Positions 60,466-64,000 of a stretch of 64,000 nucleotides of DNA are shown here, piece by piece. The stretch is from the NCBI GenBank assembly GCA_041663045.1, contig JBAZRH010000001.1:148403-212402 (forward strand), read 5' to 3'. This stretch comes from Minisyncoccota bacterium (GTDB lineage: Bacteria; Patescibacteriota; Minisyncoccia; Phycocordibacterales; GWA1-40-21). The number at the start of each line of letters is the position of its first letter. The first letter of the stretch is position 1. Position numbers and translations under genes: made by a program. The notes beneath the pieces are model-generated. The model worked only from the letters and a program-made list of their open reading frames with translations, searched no databases and was not told the DNA's origin.

Positions 60466-61827
60466 TCAAACCAAGGACTTTTTGGCGAGGGTTTTGCGAT
60501 GATATTTGATGGCAAATCTATGAGCTTCGTTATTTGCGAGTAGAATGTCGTTTGAATATTTGGAAGTGATAGTTTTATCCCCCAATATCGCCTTTGGCCT
60601 ATGTCTTTCATCTTTAAGTACCGAAACCACCTCCAACTTGGCTATACGATAGCCAAGTAAACGAGATACGACTTCCCTAGCGACTTTGATCTGGGCTTTT
60701 CCTCCATCCACAACTATTATTTGTGGAAAAGCCCATTCTTCATGAGCGAGTCTTCTCTCCAATATTTCTTTTAGACCGGCAATATCATTTTGCTTACTTT
60801 CTCTTATTTTGAATTTTCTATATCCATTTTTTGCTGGCTCGCCGTCTTCTAGCACTACCATAACGCCGACATTGGCTGTGCCACTGATGTGGGCAATGTC
60901 GTAGGCTTCGATACGGAGGATTTTTCTTTCCTCAAGGTTCGACCTTTCTTGGGATTTAAGGTCGAACCTTTTCCCAGAGAAATCCTCCGCTTTTAGGAGA
61001 GCGACATCCTGAATATGATTTAATGCGAAAATTGTCTTTTTAATTTCTCCAGCTTTTTCAAATTTTTGCTCTTTCGCCAAGGCCTTCATCTCTTTTTCAA
61101 GATTTTTTATGATTTTTGTCTTTTTACCTTCAAAAAATAAAATAATATTTTTAATTATTTTTTTATAATCAACTTTTGAAATGCTCCCGTCGCAAGCTCC
61201 GGGGCAAAGTCCGATTTGTTTATTGAAGCAAGGCTCGCCTTGGTTTGGAGTGCATCTATCACGAAATGGAAAAATTTTGCGAACAATTTTCACAGCTTCT
61301 TTGAGTTGGGTGCTGTGTGGAAAAGGTCCAAAAATACGCTGGACTGGCTCCTCAAGGTTCGACCTTTTTTGAGATTTAAGGTCGAACCTTTTCCAGCTAG
61401 TCATATTTGATTTATCAAGGAGAGACCTTGGATCTGCAAAAAGGTCTCTCCTTGGAAAATCTAAACTTCTTCCTCTTTCTATCAAAACTCTTGGAAAGTC
61501 CTCTTTTGTAATAATGACAAAATTATAACTTTTATCATCTTTTTCTTTTGTATTGTATTTCGGTTTATGTTTTTTTATAAGTTCGGCTTCTAGGATAAGT
61601 GCTTCAAGGATAGAGTCAGTCTTTTGAAAAGTGATTTTGTCCGCCTTAAAAACCATATCTACAATAAGCGGACCGCGAGTGGCGATAAGATCATTACTAA
61701 AATAGCTTTTTACCCTATCGCGAAGAGATGTCGCTTTTCCAATATAAAAAATCTCCCTCCCCTTTTTGAAGAAATAAATGCCAGGCGTATCGGGTAGTTT
61801 GTGTTTTTTTAAATCTTGACTTTGCAT
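60466..61827 (-). CDS. uvrC: Excinuclease ABC subunit C (short form, with palindromic insertions)
   Basis: GIY-YIG (PGIY...YIGKA), EALILE, RIEAYDIAH, VVDGGKAQ, EAHRFAI. Confidence 0.93.
   Translation of the reverse strand: MQSQDLKKHKLPDTPGIYFFKKGREIFYIGKATSLRDRVKSYFSNDLIATRGPLIVDMVFKADKITFQKTDSILEALILEAELIKKHKPKYNTKEKDDKSYNFVIITKEDFPRVLIERGRSLDFPRRDLFADPRSLLDKSNMTSWKRFDLKSQKRSNLEEPVQRIFGPFPHSTQLKEAVKIVRKIFPFRDRCTPNQGEPCFNKQIGLCPGACDGSISKVDYKKIIKNIILFFEGKKTKIIKNLEKEMKALAKEQKFEKAGEIKKTIFALNHIQDVALLKAEDFSGKRFDLKSQERSNLEERKILRIEAYDIAHISGTANVGVMVVLEDGEPAKNGYRKFKIRESKQNDIAGLKEILERRLAHEEWAFPQIIVVDGGKAQIKVAREVVSRLLGYRIAKLEVVSVLKDERHRPKAILGDKTITSKYSNDILLANNEAHRFAIKYHRKTLAKKSLV
60929..61454. repeat. 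In-frame REP-like hairpins in uvrC (60929-60974, 61349-61394, 61416-61454)
   Basis: 46-bp direct repeat (2 mismatches) containing AAGGTTCGACCTT/AAGGTCGAACCTT; third hairpin CAAGGAGAGACCTT/AAGGTCTCTCCTTG. Confidence 0.8.
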
Positions 61828-61884
61828 GTCTATTGTGATTACATACTAGCAGAAAGAACAAACAATTCAATAAGGAGAGGAAAA

Positions 61885-62109
61885 ATGAAGTTGAAAGATG
61901 TTTTGATCGGTTCTTTGTTTGCTGGCGTTATCGCTTTTTGTATCGCCTTCTGGCAAGTCGATGCAAAATTCACAAATGCCCTATGGACATTTGGCATCAC
62001 ATTCATTGTCTCACCGTTTGTGATCGGATACCTCTATCTTAACAATGACGGATGGTACAATGACAATAATAGTAGTGTCCCTGAAATAGAGATGGGGATG
62101 GAGCTTTAG
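61885..62109 (+). CDS. Small two-TM membrane protein
   Basis: AGGAG SD then ATG at 61885; two hydrophobic segments. Confidence 0.6.
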   Translation: MKLKDVLIGSLFAGVIAFCIAFWQVDAKFTNALWTFGITFIVSPFVIGYLYLNNDGWYNDNNSSVPEIEMGMEL

Positions 62110-62138
62110 ACAATACAAACAAAAGGAAGGAGATTACG

Positions 62139-62333
62139 ATGATTATAAAGGTCTTTGCTTGGTCTATCTTTGTGGTCGGGGCAATCATTATTGTACTTGG
62201 CCTCATAGACTTTCTTTTCTACGGGGGCAAGTTCAGTAGGTTGTCGTTTTTCAGAAAAATGATGCCACTGGGTTTATGGATGTTGTTTCTGGCAGCTTGT
62301 TTTGCCTTACTTCTGTCTACAAAGGTAAAATGA
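62139..62333 (+). CDS. Small two-TM membrane protein
   Basis: AGGAG SD; two hydrophobic segments. Confidence 0.6.
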   Translation: MIIKVFAWSIFVVGAIIIVLGLIDFLFYGGKFSRLSFFRKMMPLGLWMLFLAACFALLLSTKVK

Positions 62334-62374
62334 ATTGTCTCACAAAGGAGTACAGTACACTACTGTTCTCCTTT

Positions 62375-64000
62375 TTATTTTTTAAGAACTTTCTTCAAAT
62401 AATGCCCAGTATACGATTTGTTATTATTGGCGACATCCTCTGGCGTTCCCTTTGCCACTATTTCCCCGCCTTTGTCGCCTCCTTCGGGGCCAATATCGAT
62501 AATATAGTCGGAGGATTTTATGAGATCCATATTGTGTTCTATCACGACGACGGTGTTTCCAGCATCTACAAGTTTTTGTAAAATTTCAATAAGCTTTTTT
62601 ACATCTTCATAATGAAGTCCGATGGTCGGCTCGTCCAAAAGATACATTGTTCTGTGCAGATTTGGCCTGTAAAGTTCGGTAGAGATTTTTACCCTTTGTG
62701 CCTCACCTCCAGAAAGCGTCGTGGCACTCTGACCAAGTTTCAAATATCCAAGACCGACTTCATTCATCTCATGCAAGCGGTCAAAAATCGCAGGAATGTC
62801 CTCAAAGAATTTGAGTGCTTCTTCCACAGTCATCTCAAGCACCTGATGAACATTTTTGCCTTTGTATTTCACCTCCAGCGTTTCCTTTGTGAACCTTTTG
62901 CCATTGCAGACATCGCAGGGGACGTAAACTGTCGGCAAGAAATGCATTTCCACAGCGATAGTGCCATTCCCCTCGCAAGCTTCGCATCTGCCACCTTTTA
63001 CATTGAAAGAAAAACGATTTGATTTCCATCCCCTTTCACGCGCTTCCGTAGTTGCCGAAAACATATCTCTTATATGAGTCCATGCGCCGGTGTATGTGGC
63101 AGGGTTTGACCTTGGCGTTCTGCCTATCGGCGACTGATCTATCATAATAGTCCTCCCGACATATTCTGAACCAGTGAAAGATGCGCAGTGGTGAGTTTCA
63201 TTTGTCCTGTATTTTCTATCAACTCTCGCCTGCAAGTTTTTATGCAATATTTCATAAACAAGAGATGATTTGCCCGAGCCAGATACGCCAGTGACACAGA
63301 CGAATTTACCAAGCGGAATATCAATATTCATATTTTTAATATTAAATATTTTTCCACCACGGATCTTTATCGCACCTTTGTCTTGGTCGCGCCTTTTCTT
63401 CGGCTTTTCTATTTTCTTCTCACCACGCAAATATGCGAGAGTAAGTGAATCACTTTTATTGTCTTTTGCTGTGAGAAGCTCCTCCAAGTATCCAGAGACC
63501 ACGACTTCCCCACCGTGCACTCCAGCGCCCGGGCCGATGTCTATGATATAGTCTGAAGAATACATAGTGTCTTCATCATGTTCCACCACAATAATAGTAT
63601 TTCCCAAATCACGGAGATTTGTAAGGGTCTTTATAAGGCGGTCATTGTCGCGTTGATGCAGACCGATAGTCGGCTCATCCAAGACATATAAAGCGCCAAC
63701 AAGGCCAGAGCCAAGCTGTGATGCGAGGCGTATCCTCTGTGCCTCTCCGCCAGAAAGTGTATAAGCCTTTCTTTCAAGTGAAAGATAATCTATACCGACA
63801 TCTATCATAAATTGCAGTCTCGCATCTATTTCTTTGACTACGACTTTGCAAATTTCTTTTTCGACTTCTGTGAGTTTGAGATTTTCTATAAAGTGTTTCG
63901 CGTCTTTTATTGATTTGCCGACAAAATCCACAATACTTATGCCACCAAGAAGCACATGTAGAGCTTCTTCACGAAGTCTTGCACTGTGGCAAGTGTCGCA
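62375..64000 (-). CDS. uvrA: Excinuclease ABC subunit A (5' part outside window)
   Basis: LSGGEAQRI, DEPTIGLH, GVSGSGKSS, GGRCEACEG zinc finger; frame open to the window edge. Confidence 0.98.
   Translation of the reverse strand, partial: CDTCHSARLREEALHVLLGGISIVDFVGKSIKDAKHFIENLKLTEVEKEICKVVVKEIDARLQFMIDVGIDYLSLERKAYTLSGGEAQRIRLASQLGSGLVGALYVLDEPTIGLHQRDNDRLIKTLTNLRDLGNTIIVVEHDEDTMYSSDYIIDIGPGAGVHGGEVVVSGYLEELLTAKDNKSDSLTLAYLRGEKKIEKPKKRRDQDKGAIKIRGGKIFNIKNMNIDIPLGKFVCVTGVSGSGKSSLVYEILHKNLQARVDRKYRTNETHHCASFTGSEYVGRTIMIDQSPIGRTPRSNPATYTGAWTHIRDMFSATTEARERGWKSNRFSFNVKGGRCEACEGNGTIAVEMHFLPTVYVPCDVCNGKRFTKETLEVKYKGKNVHQVLEMTVEEALKFFEDIPAIFDRLHEMNEVGLGYLKLGQSATTLSGGEAQRVKISTELYRPNLHRTMYLLDEPTIGLHYEDVKKLIEILQKLVDAGNTVVVIEHNMDLIKSSDYIIDIGPEGGDKGGEIVAKGTPEDVANNNKSYTGHYLKKVLKK

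Noticed and set aside
1-64000. UGA recoding (genetic code 25) as in some CPR lineages
   Set aside because: Conserved genes are full length under code 11, and TGA serves as the stop in ATGA overlaps (e.g. 17110-17113, 43871-43874).

Overview
AT-rich bacterial chromosome segment using the standard genetic code. Gene content and style point to Patescibacteria/CPR (Parcubacteria-like); this is inferred from the short L13, the C-terminally truncated AlaRS, mostly leaderless or SD-less starts and typical hypothetical genes. Housekeeping genes flank the window: the end of the ribosomal/alpha operon, alaS, mnmA and ychF on the left; a MacAB-type ABC exporter, five tRNAs, ddl, uvrC and partial uvrA on the right. 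The dominant feature is about 31 kb of coding sequence in 20 paralogous genes carrying 23 PEP-utiliser phospho-His swivel domains. Each swivel domain follows a highly divergent helical N-terminal domain, and 13 of the genes lie in one uninterrupted tandem run. The window contains only one PPDK/PEPS-type ATP-grasp domain and no pyruvate-binding barrel. The ATP-grasp gene joins a downstream triple-module ORF through an A9 / A_AAA_AAC -1 slippery site. The architecture resembles a split, massively diversified rifampin-phosphotransferase or phenylphosphate-synthase-like dikinase system. It is interspersed with phosphatases from four superfamilies, an HTH-fused member, an MtxX-like protein and an N-formylglutamate amidohydrolase-like protein. 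Also seen: in-frame palindromic insertions in mnmA, ychF and uvrC, a covarying palindromic element present twice, tRNA-3'-derived inverted repeats, and a candidate ncRNA of about 270 nt.
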